Of a stretch of DNA of 64,000 nucleotides, positions 20,034-31,203 are shown piece by piece (position 1 is the first letter of the stretch; every line of letters starts with the position of its first letter). The translations under genes were made by a program, and so were the position numbers. The DNA lies in the NCBI GenBank assembly GCA_963815215.1, contig CAWFFU010000003.1:288001-352000 (forward strand), given 5' to 3'. A model generated the notes under the pieces. It did not search any database. It saw only the letters and a list, made by a program, of their open reading frames with translations, and was not told the origin of the DNA. Source of the DNA: an uncultured Trueperaceae bacterium (GTDB taxonomy: Bacteria; Deinococcota; Deinococci; Deinococcales; Trueperaceae).

Positions 20034-21170
20034 GTGAGCGGGGTGGGTCACTTCCTGGCCAGCGTGTGGGAGCAGCTGCAGCTGAGCCTGCAGCACGCCC
20101 TGGGGCCGTTCGGCCCCCAGGGCGTGGCGAGCGGCGGTGCCCTGGCGTCGCTGGCCACCCGGCTCATCGTGGCGCTGCTCCTGCTGGCGCTCTTCGGAGC
20201 GGCCTACGCCGTCCTGGCGCGCGTGCTGGGATCGGCGGGACGGCGCCTACGGGTGCCCGCCGACCTGGTACGGATGCTGCGGCGTGCGCTGGCCTACGCC
20301 GTCATGCTGCTGGCATTGCTGGCGGTGATGGCCCAGTTCGGCGTCGACGCCGCCGTCCTCGGCCGCGTCGCCTCGGCCGCGCTCTTCGCGCTGGTCTACT
20401 ACGCCGCCTGGCTGGCGGCGCAGCGCCTGCTGGGCGACGCCACCGGCCGGGCGCGGCTCGATCCGTCGCTGGTCCAGTTGTTGCGCAACGTGGCGGGCGT
20501 GGTCATCGCGGCGCTGGCCGTGGTCACCGTGATGGACCAGTTCGGCGTCGACGTGCTGGGCGTGGTGACCGCACTGGGCGTCGTCGGGATCGCCGTGGGC
20601 TTCGCCGCGCAGGACACCCTGTCGAACTTCATCTCCGGCGTCACGCTGCTGGTCGAGCGCCCCTTCCAGATCGGGGACTGGGTCGAGCTGGCGGGGAAGG
20701 TGGGCCGGGTCGAGCGGATCACCTTGCGCACCACCCGGGTGGTGTCGCGCGACAACGTCCACAGCTTGATCCCGAACGCCAAGGTGGCATCGGCGGAGAT
20801 CGTGAACCTGTCTGCGGGGGGTCCGCTGCGGCTGCGCATTCCGGTGGGCATCGCCTACAAGGAGTCGGCACGGGCCGCGCGCGAGGTGCTGATGCCGGTG
20901 CTCGGACGGCACCCCCAGGTGCTCCACGATCCCCCGCACGCGCCGTCGGTGCTGGTCGAGGAGTTGGGCGCGTCGTCGGTGAACCTGGTGATGCGCGCCT
21001 GGATCGGGCCGGAGACGATCGAGGTGGAGCCGGTGGTGAGCGCGGGCCTGCTGGAGAGCGCCAAGGAAGCGCTCGACGCCGCCGGCATCCAGATCCCGTT
21101 CCCGCACCTGCAGCTCTTCATCGACGAAGCGCGGGGGCTCGAGCCGCTGGCCGAGCGCATGCGGAGCTGA
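20034..21170 (+). CDS. Small-conductance mechanosensitive channel (MscS family)
   Basis: GIAVGFAAQDTLSNFISG, RPFQIGDWV, GRVERITLRTT, IPN, GIQIPFP. Confidence 0.92.
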   Translation: MSGVGHFLASVWEQLQLSLQHALGPFGPQGVASGGALASLATRLIVALLLLALFGAAYAVLARVLGSAGRRLRVPADLVRMLRRALAYAVMLLALLAVMAQFGVDAAVLGRVASAALFALVYYAAWLAAQRLLGDATGRARLDPSLVQLLRNVAGVVIAALAVVTVMDQFGVDVLGVVTALGVVGIAVGFAAQDTLSNFISGVTLLVERPFQIGDWVELAGKVGRVERITLRTTRVVSRDNVHSLIPNAKVASAEIVNLSAGGPLRLRIPVGIAYKESARAAREVLMPVLGRHPQVLHDPPHAPSVLVEELGASSVNLVMRAWIGPETIEVEPVVSAGLLESAKEALDAAGIQIPFPHLQLFIDEARGLEPLAERMRS

Positions 21171-21237
21171 ACGTAGAGCGGGCCCGCCCCGCGATCCTCG
21201 TCGTTGCGGTCGTCGCCAACGGGCGACGGGCTCGTCG

Positions 21238-21852
21238 TCAGAACAGGATGCGGGTCCAGTCGAGGTCGTCGAGCGGTTGGAAGATGTCCACGTATTCGAG
21301 CAGGATGCCGGCCGACTGGTTCTTGAACATCGCGCATTCCACGTGCTTGCCGGTGCGCTTGATGCTCTCGACCAGTTCCACGTAGTCGCCGTCACCCGAG
21401 ACCAGCAGGGCCGAGTCGTAGGCGTCCTGGTAGGCGAGCGACAGCGCTTCTACGGCCAGCGCCACGTCGATCCCCTTCTCCACCAGCGAGCCGTCCTGCC
21501 TGCGGTGCAGCCGCCCCAGCCGCACGGTGACGTAGGGGATGCGCCGCAGCGACTCGAAGAAGCGTTGCTGGCCGTCCCGAAGGTCCTCGTCGTAGTCGTC
21601 GGTGAGGGTGGCGTTGTAGTAGTAGGTGCGGAACAGCGGCCGCTCGCGTCGCAGCTGCTCGATGAACTCGGTCATGTTGACGCGCGTGTTCTGCAGATTC
21701 TCGCGCATGCCGTTGTAGAGGTTGCTGCCGTCGATGAAGATGGCCACGCGCTCGTCGGTCGGCGTGATGCGATACGGCTCGTCGGTCCCCGCCGCCGCGC
21801 TTCCGCTGCGCCGGCCACCTTGATTCCGTCCCCTCGCGTAACGCGTGCTCAT
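21238..21852 (-). CDS. NYN (LabA/DUF88) domain protein
   Basis: IFIDGSN, EKGIDV, LVSGDGDY PIN-like motifs. Confidence 0.9.
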   Translation of the reverse strand: MSTRYARGRNQGGRRSGSAAAGTDEPYRITPTDERVAIFIDGSNLYNGMRENLQNTRVNMTEFIEQLRRERPLFRTYYYNATLTDDYDEDLRDGQQRFFESLRRIPYVTVRLGRLHRRQDGSLVEKGIDVALAVEALSLAYQDAYDSALLVSGDGDYVELVESIKRTGKHVECAMFKNQSAGILLEYVDIFQPLDDLDWTRILF

Positions 21853-21970
21853 GGTCGAGTCCAGGCCGCTGTCGTGCCGTGATCGGGCCGGGGCCCAGTG
21901 TAACCGGCGTCGTCGATTCTGGCTAGGGGCCGTCGCCGACTCGGTCGGAGCGGGCCCGTATACTGCCGGC

Positions 21971-22456
21971 ATGCAACCCGTCACCCATGTCGCCAGCTTC
22001 GATCTCGATCACACCCGTGTCCGTGCCCCGTACGTCCGCCATGCGGGTCGCTACCAGGGGCCGCGGGGCGACGTGGTCTCGAAGTTCGACCTGCGACTGG
22101 TGCAGCCCAATCGAGCCGAGGTCCCCACGGCCGCGCTGCACACCATGGAGCACCTGCTGGCCGGCTACCTCCGCGACCGGCTGAGTGCCACCATCGTCGA
22201 CGCCAGCCCGATGGGCTGCCGTACCGGCTTCTACCTCACGGTGATGGGGGAGCCCGACATCGAGCAGGTTCGGACGGCCTTCGAGGCGGCGCTCGGCGAT
22301 GTCACGCGCCACGACGGGCCGATCCCCGGCTGCAGCGCGAAGCGGTGCGGCAACTGGCGCGATCACTCGCTTCCGGGCGCGCAGGCGTGGGCGGAAAGCG
22401 TGCTCCAGACGGAGATCGTCGTTCAGGAGACGATCGCGCTGGAGGAGGACGGCTAG
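21971..22456 (+). CDS. luxS: S-ribosylhomocysteine lyase
   Basis: SFDLDHT...APYVR, HTMEH, SPMGCRTGFY, CGNW. Confidence 0.96.
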   Translation: MQPVTHVASFDLDHTRVRAPYVRHAGRYQGPRGDVVSKFDLRLVQPNRAEVPTAALHTMEHLLAGYLRDRLSATIVDASPMGCRTGFYLTVMGEPDIEQVRTAFEAALGDVTRHDGPIPGCSAKRCGNWRDHSLPGAQAWAESVLQTEIVVQETIALEEDG

Positions 22457-22534
22457 CGCGAGGTGAGGCCGGCGGGGGCCGGCAACGTAGCGCTCATCAA
22501 GACTCTCATGAGAACGGGTTGCATAATGCCCTCC

Positions 22535-23212
<678 letters not shown>

Positions 23213-23219
23213 GTTGAGC

Positions 23220-24722
23220 ATGTCTCTGCGCCTCCGGCTGACGCTGTTCTTCAGCGTGTTCATCGCGCTGATCCTGTCCGCGGTGGCGGTGTCGGTGTAC
23301 ATCCTCACCGAGCGCTCGTTGACCTCGGCGCTGGAGGATAGGGCCCAGCAGGCGCTCTCGGATCTCACCAGCGGTACGGTGCCGGTGCGCGAGGGGCTGC
23401 AGAAGCTGCCCAGTGACGCTTATTATCAAATCATCCTGTTGGGCTCGGCCAACACCGTCCCCGACACGCCGGCGGGCATCCGCGACGGCTTCCCCTACCG
23501 CCCCTCGGACTACCCCCGCCCCAATCCCACCGACGACTCGCTGGTCGGGTTGATGCCCGACACGGCGCTCGCCGATCTGCTGAGCAACGGACACGTCACC
23601 TCGGTGGTATCGCTCTCCGGCGGCGAGCAGCTGACGGTGCTGGCGGAGCTCGGGACGCTCTACTTCCCGGCGCAGTCCCGCACCTTCGAGGCGGTGACGT
23701 TCGTGGGCATCCCGTCGAGCACGGTGGCCCGTACCCTGGACCAGCTCGCACGCAACCTGGTCCTGACGGTGCTGCTGGCGTTCCTGGCCTTCGGGGCAGG
23801 GGTGTGGCTGCTGTCGAGCCGCGCGCTGCAGCCCCTGAAACGGGTCACGGCGGCCGCTGCGCGCGTGTCCGGGCGTGACCTGTCGCAGCGCGTCCCGACG
23901 CCCAGCAGCCGCGACGAGATCCGGGAGATGGCCGTCACCATCAACAAGATGCTCGACCGTCTACAGGAGTCGTTCGAGACGCAGCGGCGCTTCACCGCCG
24001 ATGCCAGCCACGAGCTCCGCACGCCCGTCACGGCCATCGTCGGTCACGCCAACTATCTGCTGCGGCGAACCCACCCGACCGAGGAACAGGGCGACTCGCT
24101 CACCGTAATCCGGCGCGAGGCGGAGCGCATGGCGAAGCTGGTGAACGATCTACTCGAGCTCGCCCGCGCCGACGCCGGCTTCTCCATCCAGCTCGAGCCC
24201 ATGAACCTGATCGAGGTGCTCGAGGCCGTTCACATGGAGGTGGCGCCGGTCGCCGGCGACACCGTGATCGAGGTCGATGCCGCGGTGCCGGTGCTGGAAG
24301 TGCGCGGCGACCAGGCCCGCCTCAAGCAGGTGGTGCTCAACCTCATCCACAACGCCATCAACGCCGGCGCCAAGCGCATCACCGTGGGCGTCGCGCGCTC
24401 CAACAAGGAGGTGTGCCTGGAGATCCTCGACGACGGCCCGGGCATCCCTCCGGACGCCATCCCGCACCTCTTCGAACGGTTCTACCGAGTGGACGGCGCG
24501 CGCAGCGGGCGCGGCAACGGCTCGGGCCTGGGGCTGGCCATCGTGCGCTGGATCGTCCAGCAGCACGGGGGCACGGTGAAGGTCGAGTCGCGCGTGGGGG
24601 AGGGCACGGTGTTCACGGTGACGCTTCCCGCCCTCGACCCGAAGCTCAGCGAAACGCCTCCGACGACGCGAGGCGAGCTCAGCGACGGCGCCGGCGTCGT
24701 GAACCGCCGCGACGTCAGCTGA
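23220..24722 (+). CDS. HAMP-domain sensor histidine kinase
   Basis: Two TM segments, HAMP, ASHELRTP, NLIHNA, DDGPGI, FERFYR, GSGLGL. Confidence 0.95.
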   Translation: MSLRLRLTLFFSVFIALILSAVAVSVYILTERSLTSALEDRAQQALSDLTSGTVPVREGLQKLPSDAYYQIILLGSANTVPDTPAGIRDGFPYRPSDYPRPNPTDDSLVGLMPDTALADLLSNGHVTSVVSLSGGEQLTVLAELGTLYFPAQSRTFEAVTFVGIPSSTVARTLDQLARNLVLTVLLAFLAFGAGVWLLSSRALQPLKRVTAAAARVSGRDLSQRVPTPSSRDEIREMAVTINKMLDRLQESFETQRRFTADASHELRTPVTAIVGHANYLLRRTHPTEEQGDSLTVIRREAERMAKLVNDLLELARADAGFSIQLEPMNLIEVLEAVHMEVAPVAGDTVIEVDAAVPVLEVRGDQARLKQVVLNLIHNAINAGAKRITVGVARSNKEVCLEILDDGPGIPPDAIPHLFERFYRVDGARSGRGNGSGLGLAIVRWIVQQHGGTVKVESRVGEGTVFTVTLPALDPKLSETPPTTRGELSDGAGVVNRRDVS

Positions 24723-24938
24723 CGCACCCGACCCGGCGCGGGCGCCTCGACGCGCCCTATCGCGATGCGCCCGCGCCGGGCGGGCTCGCCGGTGGTGTGG
24801 AGCCGCGCCCGGGGGCGCCGACGGCCGGCGCGACCGAAGCGGTGGCGCCCGATCCCGACGGTCGTGCGGTAAGAGTTCCGTTGGGGACACCCCCCTAGGC
24901 TAGGGGTCCCGCCGCCGGCGACCCCGAGGGGTCGAAGC

Positions 24939-25274
24939 GTGACGGAGCGCCCCATGCCCGTACCGAGCCCCACCACCCCCCCGCTCCCCATCGCCCACGG
25001 TCCGGCCGCGGTGAGGCGCTTCGAGCGCAGACCCGTCCCACCCTGGCGCGCTACGGCGCTGGTCTGGCTGCTGGTCGGAGCCGGAGCCGTGCTGCTGCAC
25101 GGCGTCCCGCGCTGGCAGGCGGCGACCCAGGTGGCGGGCCTGGCGTGGGCGGTCCGCTTGGCGACCCATCCCAGCCGTACCGCTCGTCTGCAGGCCGCTG
25201 CGCTTGTCGGCGCGGTGGTGCTGATCGACGTGCTCGGCGCGGTGGCGCCCGGCCTCTGGCCGCCGGGTTTCTAG
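24939..25274 (+). CDS. Small hypothetical membrane protein
   Basis: 2-3 hydrophobic segments; fills the gap before the convergent purM; start uncertain. Confidence 0.5.
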   Translation: MTERPMPVPSPTTPPLPIAHGPAAVRRFERRPVPPWRATALVWLLVGAGAVLLHGVPRWQAATQVAGLAWAVRLATHPSRTARLQAAALVGAVVLIDVLGAVAPGLWPPGF

Positions 25275-25330
25275 CTCTCGGGTTCGGCTCTCGGGCTCGT
25301 GGTTCCTCGGTCCCCGGCGTCGCCGCGACG

Positions 25331-26338
<1,008 letters not shown>

Positions 26339-26415
26339 GACCGACACTATACGTCCCGGGCCGGCGCGCCCGGAGCCGGGTCCGCAGGGGGTCCGGCGGC
26401 TGGGTAGACTGACCC

Positions 26416-28668
26416 GTGCCGACCGCCCTCGAGGTCCTCGTACCGCTGCCGCTGGGGCCGCTCAGCTACCTGCCGCCCTCGGCCGGGCCGACGCCGGCGA
26501 TCGGGGCGCGGGTGGCCGTGCCCTGGCAGGGAGGCGCCCGCATCGGGCTGGTGGTGGGCCGGCGCGAGGTGGCCGCGGGACGGGGCATCGAGCTCCGGGA
26601 GGCGATCGCCGGGCTCGACCCCAACCCCTTCGTGACGCCCGAGGCGGTGGACGCGCTGCTCCGCATCGCGCGCCGCGCCGCCGTGCCGGCGGGCGTGGCG
26701 CTCGCGACGCTGGTGCCGTGGGGGTTCCGGGATCGGCTGCGCCATCTGGTGCGGCCGCTGGCGGGCACCGACGTGCCCGGCCTGGAGCGGGACGGCGACT
26801 GGCTCGAGGCATCCACGATCTCGCTGGAGCACCTCGACTGGCTGCGCGCGCAGGGGCTCGTCGAGGAGCGGGTGGTGCGGGTCCGGCCCACCGTGCGGGT
26901 GCTGGTGCCGGTGGCGCTGGTGGACGGGGGGTTGAGTGGTGCCCGCCGGGCGAACCAGCGGGCCGCGCTCGAGCGGCTGTGGCAGCTCGAGATGGCCGAC
27001 AGCGCGGCCGCGCTCGCGCGCGACGCCGACGTGCCCGAGAGCGCCGTGCGGGCGCTGGTGGCCAAGGGTTACGTCGCCTACCGGGAGGTCGACGCGCCGC
27101 CGCCGGGGTTGCCGCGCCCGTCGCCCGACGCGCCGCTGCCGGCGCCTGCGCCCGTCGACGCGGTACCGCCGACCGGCGACGGCGGCATCCTCGGCGGGCT
27201 GCGGCGCCAGCGCCTGGCCGCGCTACTGCCTCGACTGCGCAACGATCTCGATGACGGACGCAGCGTGCTGGTGCTGGCGCCGGAGCAGGCGCGGCTCAGC
27301 GAGGCGGCCGAGGCGCTCGCCTCGTTGCCGCTGTTCCTGCTGTCGGGGGAGCTGGACGACGAGCAACGCCTGCGCCTGTTCGAGGAGCTGCCGGCGTCGG
27401 GCCCGGTGGTGGTGCTCGGAACCTACCTGGCGCTGCTGGCGCCGCTGCCGCGGCTGGGGCGGGTGGTGGTGACGGAGGCCGCCAGCGGCAGCTACAAGTT
27501 GCAGGCCGGCGCGCGCCTGTTCGTGCCGGACGCCGCGGCGCTGCTGGCTGATGCCAGCGGCGCCGCGCTCACCCTGAGCGATGTGGTGGCCGGCCCGGAC
27601 ACGCTCGTGCGGCTTCCGGAGGGAGCACGCCGGATGCTGCCGCTGCCGCGCCTCCGGCTGCACGCCGCCGATATGGGGGGCAGCGGGAACTGGCCGCTCC
27701 ATCCCGACCTCGTGAGATTGCTGAAGCAGGTGCGGGAGCGCGGTCGTCAGGCGGTGCTGATCGCGCCGCGCCGCGGCTTCTCTGCGGCGCTAGGCTGCGA
27801 GGCGTGCGGCTGGACGGCGCAGTGCCCCAACTGCGACTTGAGCCTGCGCTACCACCGCCAGGACGGGCGTCTGCGCTGTCACCAGTGCGGCCACGAGCAG
27901 GCGCCGCCGGCGGCCTGCCCCTCCTGCGGCGGAACGGCCCTGGCGCCGCTGAGGGGCGCGGGCACGCAGTGGGTGGCCGAGCGGCTCGTCGGTATGCTGG
28001 ACGGCTTCCCGGTGCTGCGGTTCGATCGTGATCGCCGTGACGATCCGGAGCCCCTGCTGCGGGGCGAGCCCGGCGTGGTGGTGGGTACCACCGCGGTTCT
28101 GCGACTGCCGCCCCTACCCGCGTTGTCGTTGGTCGCGCTGACGCTGTTCGACACCCACCTCGCGCTGGCCGACTTCCGGGCCGAGGAGGAGGCGTTGCGG
28201 ATGCTGCTGGAGCTGGGAGAGCTGTCGCGGCAGCGTCGGCCACTGGTGCTGGTGCAGACCTACCAGCCGGAGCACCCGGTGCTGAAGGCGCTCGCGACCG
28301 ATCCCCCCGACGCTGCCGTGGAGGTGCTGGTGGGGCGCCTGCTGGAACGCCGTCGGCGTTTCGCCTACCCGCCGTTCGGAGCGCTGGCCAAGCTCCAGCT
28401 CGCCGCTCGCGATCGTGGCGCGGCCTCCGAAGCGGCGTCGGCGCTCGCCGAGGAGCTGCGGCGGCGCGGGGCGAAGGAGGACGAGGTGCTCGGACCGGCG
28501 CCGGCCCCGGTCGCCCGTCTCAAGGGCCGCTACGCCTACCAGGTCTTGTTGCGGCTTCCGGCCGGCGACCGCTTGGAGCAGATCCTGGCGGGCCTGCCAC
28601 CCAGGATGGGGCGGGCTCGGTTGCGTGTCGACGTCGATCCCAGGGACGTGGGCGAGCTGCTGGAGTGA
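26416..28668 (+). CDS. priA: Primosomal protein N' (degenerate helicase motifs)
   Basis: GARVAVPW 3'-binding domain, RRGFS, four CxxC pairs, DFRAEE, LVQT, YPPF, GPAPAP, DVDP. Confidence 0.9.
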   Translation: MPTALEVLVPLPLGPLSYLPPSAGPTPAIGARVAVPWQGGARIGLVVGRREVAAGRGIELREAIAGLDPNPFVTPEAVDALLRIARRAAVPAGVALATLVPWGFRDRLRHLVRPLAGTDVPGLERDGDWLEASTISLEHLDWLRAQGLVEERVVRVRPTVRVLVPVALVDGGLSGARRANQRAALERLWQLEMADSAAALARDADVPESAVRALVAKGYVAYREVDAPPPGLPRPSPDAPLPAPAPVDAVPPTGDGGILGGLRRQRLAALLPRLRNDLDDGRSVLVLAPEQARLSEAAEALASLPLFLLSGELDDEQRLRLFEELPASGPVVVLGTYLALLAPLPRLGRVVVTEAASGSYKLQAGARLFVPDAAALLADASGAALTLSDVVAGPDTLVRLPEGARRMLPLPRLRLHAADMGGSGNWPLHPDLVRLLKQVRERGRQAVLIAPRRGFSAALGCEACGWTAQCPNCDLSLRYHRQDGRLRCHQCGHEQAPPAACPSCGGTALAPLRGAGTQWVAERLVGMLDGFPVLRFDRDRRDDPEPLLRGEPGVVVGTTAVLRLPPLPALSLVALTLFDTHLALADFRAEEEALRMLLELGELSRQRRPLVLVQTYQPEHPVLKALATDPPDAAVEVLVGRLLERRRRFAYPPFGALAKLQLAARDRGAASEAASALAEELRRRGAKEDEVLGPAPAPVARLKGRYAYQVLLRLPAGDRLEQILAGLPPRMGRARLRVDVDPRDVGELLE

Positions 28669-28808
28669 GGGGAGCGAAGTCGTCGCGCGTGAACGAGCGC
28701 ACATGGTCGAGGCTCGTGAACATGTGAACGCCCCTCGAGAGCCGATGCGGGAGCGGCGCGCTTTGCGTTTCTCACGCGCCCTGGCTATCATGTGCAGCGG
28801 ACTGGAAG

Positions 28809-29255
28809 ATGCTCAGAAACCGGCGCGCCACCCACGATTTCGAGATCCTCGAGCGCTTCGAGGCCGGCATGCAGCTCACCGGCAGCGAGGTCAAGGCGCT
28901 GCGGCAGGGGGGTGGCTCGATCGTCGAGGCGTTCGCACGGCTGCGCGGGGGAGAGGTGTTCCTGGAGGGCATGACGATCCCGGTTTACACCGAGGCGAGC
29001 TACAACAACCACGAACCGCTGCGGGCCCGCAGGCTGCTCCTGAACAGGCGCGAGATCGCCGAGATCGGTCGAGGGCTCGAGCGCAAGGGACTGACCCTGG
29101 TGCCCCTGAAGCTCTACTTCAAGGGCGGTTGGGCCAAGATCGAACTCGGCCTGGCGCGCGGCAAGAAGCTCCACGACAAGCGCCGGACCGAAGCGAAGAA
29201 GGACGCCCAGCGCGAGATCGATCGGGCCATGAGCCGCCGCGGGCGCGAGTCGTGA
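28809..29255 (+). CDS. smpB: SsrA-binding protein
   Basis: NRRATHDF, GSEVKALR, NHEPLR, ARGKKLHDKR. Confidence 0.97.
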   Translation: MLRNRRATHDFEILERFEAGMQLTGSEVKALRQGGGSIVEAFARLRGGEVFLEGMTIPVYTEASYNNHEPLRARRLLLNRREIAEIGRGLERKGLTLVPLKLYFKGGWAKIELGLARGKKLHDKRRTEAKKDAQREIDRAMSRRGRES

Positions 29256-30643
29256 GCGTCGGCTCGCGCGCCCGGCTCGGGCGCCTGATCCTCATCGTGC
29301 TGTGGGTGGCTGCGGCGTCCGCCGGCGCGCAGAACGCGCTGGTGGTCAACGGCGTGACGGTCGACGGCAACACCACCGAACTGGTCGCCGGGACCAGCTA
29401 CGCGCCCGCGGCTGCCCTGGCCAGCGCCCTCGGCGCCCGCTACTTCACCGATGCCGACACCACCATGGCCACGCTCCAGCTAGGTGGGCACCTGCTGTCC
29501 GTGGCGGTGGTGAGCGACCCCGCCCAGGCGAGCGCACAGGGTACGGCGCTGCACCTCGACGGGAGACCCGTCGCCGGGCCGGCGGGGGTCCTGAGCAACG
29601 GCGACGTGCTGGTGCCGGTGAAGCCGGTCGCCGAGGCGCTCGGCGGTCGCGTGGCCTACCTGCAGAAGGACCACACGGTCGTGGTGGTGCAACCGCGGGC
29701 GCAGGTCATCGCGCTCGCCGCTCAGGGCAGCAGCCCGCAGCAGCGGCTGACGATACGGGTGTCGGCCCCGGTCGGGTTCTCGCAGTTCTACAACGAGCCG
29801 GTGGGGACGTTGCAGCTCCACTTCGACCGCACCGACGTGGCGCCGGACGTGAGCGGCGTGGTGGGCGACGCATTCGTGCGCGCCGACGCCGGAGCGTCGG
29901 GCGGAGGCACCGACGTACGCGTGCAGCTCGCCCCCGGTACCAGCTATCGGGTGTACAGCCTCCCCGACGGCAACGGCTTCCGGGTCGTGGTGGCGTTCAC
30001 GCCCACGGGCGCGACCGTGCGGACCGGAGCGCACATCGTGATCGACCCCGGCCACGGCGGGGGGGACCCGGGCATTGCCTTCCCCGGCTACGGCAGCGAG
30101 GCGTCGCTCACGCTTGCGTTCGCCGATGAGCTCCAGAAGGCGCTGGAGCTGCGTGGCTTCGACGTGTCGTTGACACGCACCGGCGATTACGCCGTGAGCG
30201 CCGCCACACGTTCGCGTGACGGCGTCGGCGCCGATCTGTTCGTGTCGATCCATGGCGCGGTGCTGCCGGCCGGGCAGTTCCATGCCTACTACCTGGCCGA
30301 CGCCAGCGGCGTGAGCTCACTCGATGCCGCCATCCGCAAGAACGCTCAGAGCGCGGTGCAGAGCCAGGACGTGAACGCCCTGCGCCGCAAGATCCTGCTC
30401 GGACTGCTGCCGCAGCTCGACGTCGGCCGCAGCTTCGCGGAGGGACTGGGCACGCAGCTCTTCCAGAACGGGGGCTACCGGTCGAGCGACACCGCCGGAG
30501 CACCGCTGTACGTGCTCGGAGGGGCCGCCGGTCGGGGGATCCTGCTGGAGTTCAGCCCCCAGGACCTGGCCTCTAACGCGCTGCCCGGGGACCTGGCGAG
30601 CGCGCTGGCGGCGCTGCTCGGTTCTGGGGGCGCCACCCCATGA
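29252..30643 (+). CDS. Secreted N-acetylmuramoyl-L-alanine amidase (Amidase_3) with N-terminal accessory domains
   Basis: Signal peptide; IDPGHGG, E, LTR, FVSIH, ILLE; GTG overlaps the smpB stop. Confidence 0.82.
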   Translation: MSVGSRARLGRLILIVLWVAAASAGAQNALVVNGVTVDGNTTELVAGTSYAPAAALASALGARYFTDADTTMATLQLGGHLLSVAVVSDPAQASAQGTALHLDGRPVAGPAGVLSNGDVLVPVKPVAEALGGRVAYLQKDHTVVVVQPRAQVIALAAQGSSPQQRLTIRVSAPVGFSQFYNEPVGTLQLHFDRTDVAPDVSGVVGDAFVRADAGASGGGTDVRVQLAPGTSYRVYSLPDGNGFRVVVAFTPTGATVRTGAHIVIDPGHGGGDPGIAFPGYGSEASLTLAFADELQKALELRGFDVSLTRTGDYAVSAATRSRDGVGADLFVSIHGAVLPAGQFHAYYLADASGVSSLDAAIRKNAQSAVQSQDVNALRRKILLGLLPQLDVGRSFAEGLGTQLFQNGGYRSSDTAGAPLYVLGGAAGRGILLEFSPQDLASNALPGDLASALAALLGSGGATP

Positions 30644-31203
30644 GCGAGCCGAGGCGGCGCGGGCTCGCCCGCTTCAAGCACCTGGCGACCCCCTACGTCG
30701 CGGTGGCGGCGCTAGCGTTCCTGGCGAGCCTGGTGTTCTTCCTCGGTGGTCACGGTGCGCGCGTCGCCAAGCCCACGCCGGTCGACATCAAGCCCGTCCA
30801 ACAGCAGCTGCAGGGGTCCAGCCGGGAGGTCCGGCTGGAACTGGTCGACGCTGGCGGTCTGGCGCGCCCCGACTTCGTCACGCTGACGCTGCCGTCGGAT
30901 CCTGCGGCCCGGCTGAAGGTCATCCTGGGAGCCCTGCGCAAGGCCATGGACCAGGCAGGGAGCTGGCCGCAGGGTCTGCAGACGCCCGAGGTCTACGTCG
31001 AGCAGGTCAACCGCAAGCAGGTCGCGGTCCTCGATCTGCAGGAGAGCGCCCCGGTGGCCGTAGGGGTGGGTGAGGAGCTCCAACTCCTGCACTCCATCCG
31101 TCAGACGGTGCTCAACAACGGGGCCGACGAGGTGCGTTTCCTCCGCGATGGGCGGCCGGCGCACACGCTCCTCGGCCACGTGGCGGTGGACTCCGCCCTG
31201 TGA
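30640..31203 (+). CDS. Membrane-anchored GerMN-like domain protein
   Basis: TM anchor; AVLDL...ELQLLHSIRQT...VRFLRDG...TLLGHV; follows the amidase. Confidence 0.65.
   Translation: MSEPRRRGLARFKHLATPYVAVAALAFLASLVFFLGGHGARVAKPTPVDIKPVQQQLQGSSREVRLELVDAGGLARPDFVTLTLPSDPAARLKVILGALRKAMDQAGSWPQGLQTPEVYVEQVNRKQVAVLDLQESAPVAVGVGEELQLLHSIRQTVLNNGADEVRFLRDGRPAHTLLGHVAVDSAL

Noticed and set aside
28689..28730. Three GTGAAC hexamers upstream of smpB
   Set aside because: Irregular spacing and short length; no supportable function.
28415..30643. Extended track starts (e.g. 742-aa amidase, 581-aa PBP, 781-aa MurG, 409-aa DnaJ)
   Set aside because: The extensions overlap neighbouring genes; internal starts with an RBS, a stop/start overlap or a -10 element fit better.
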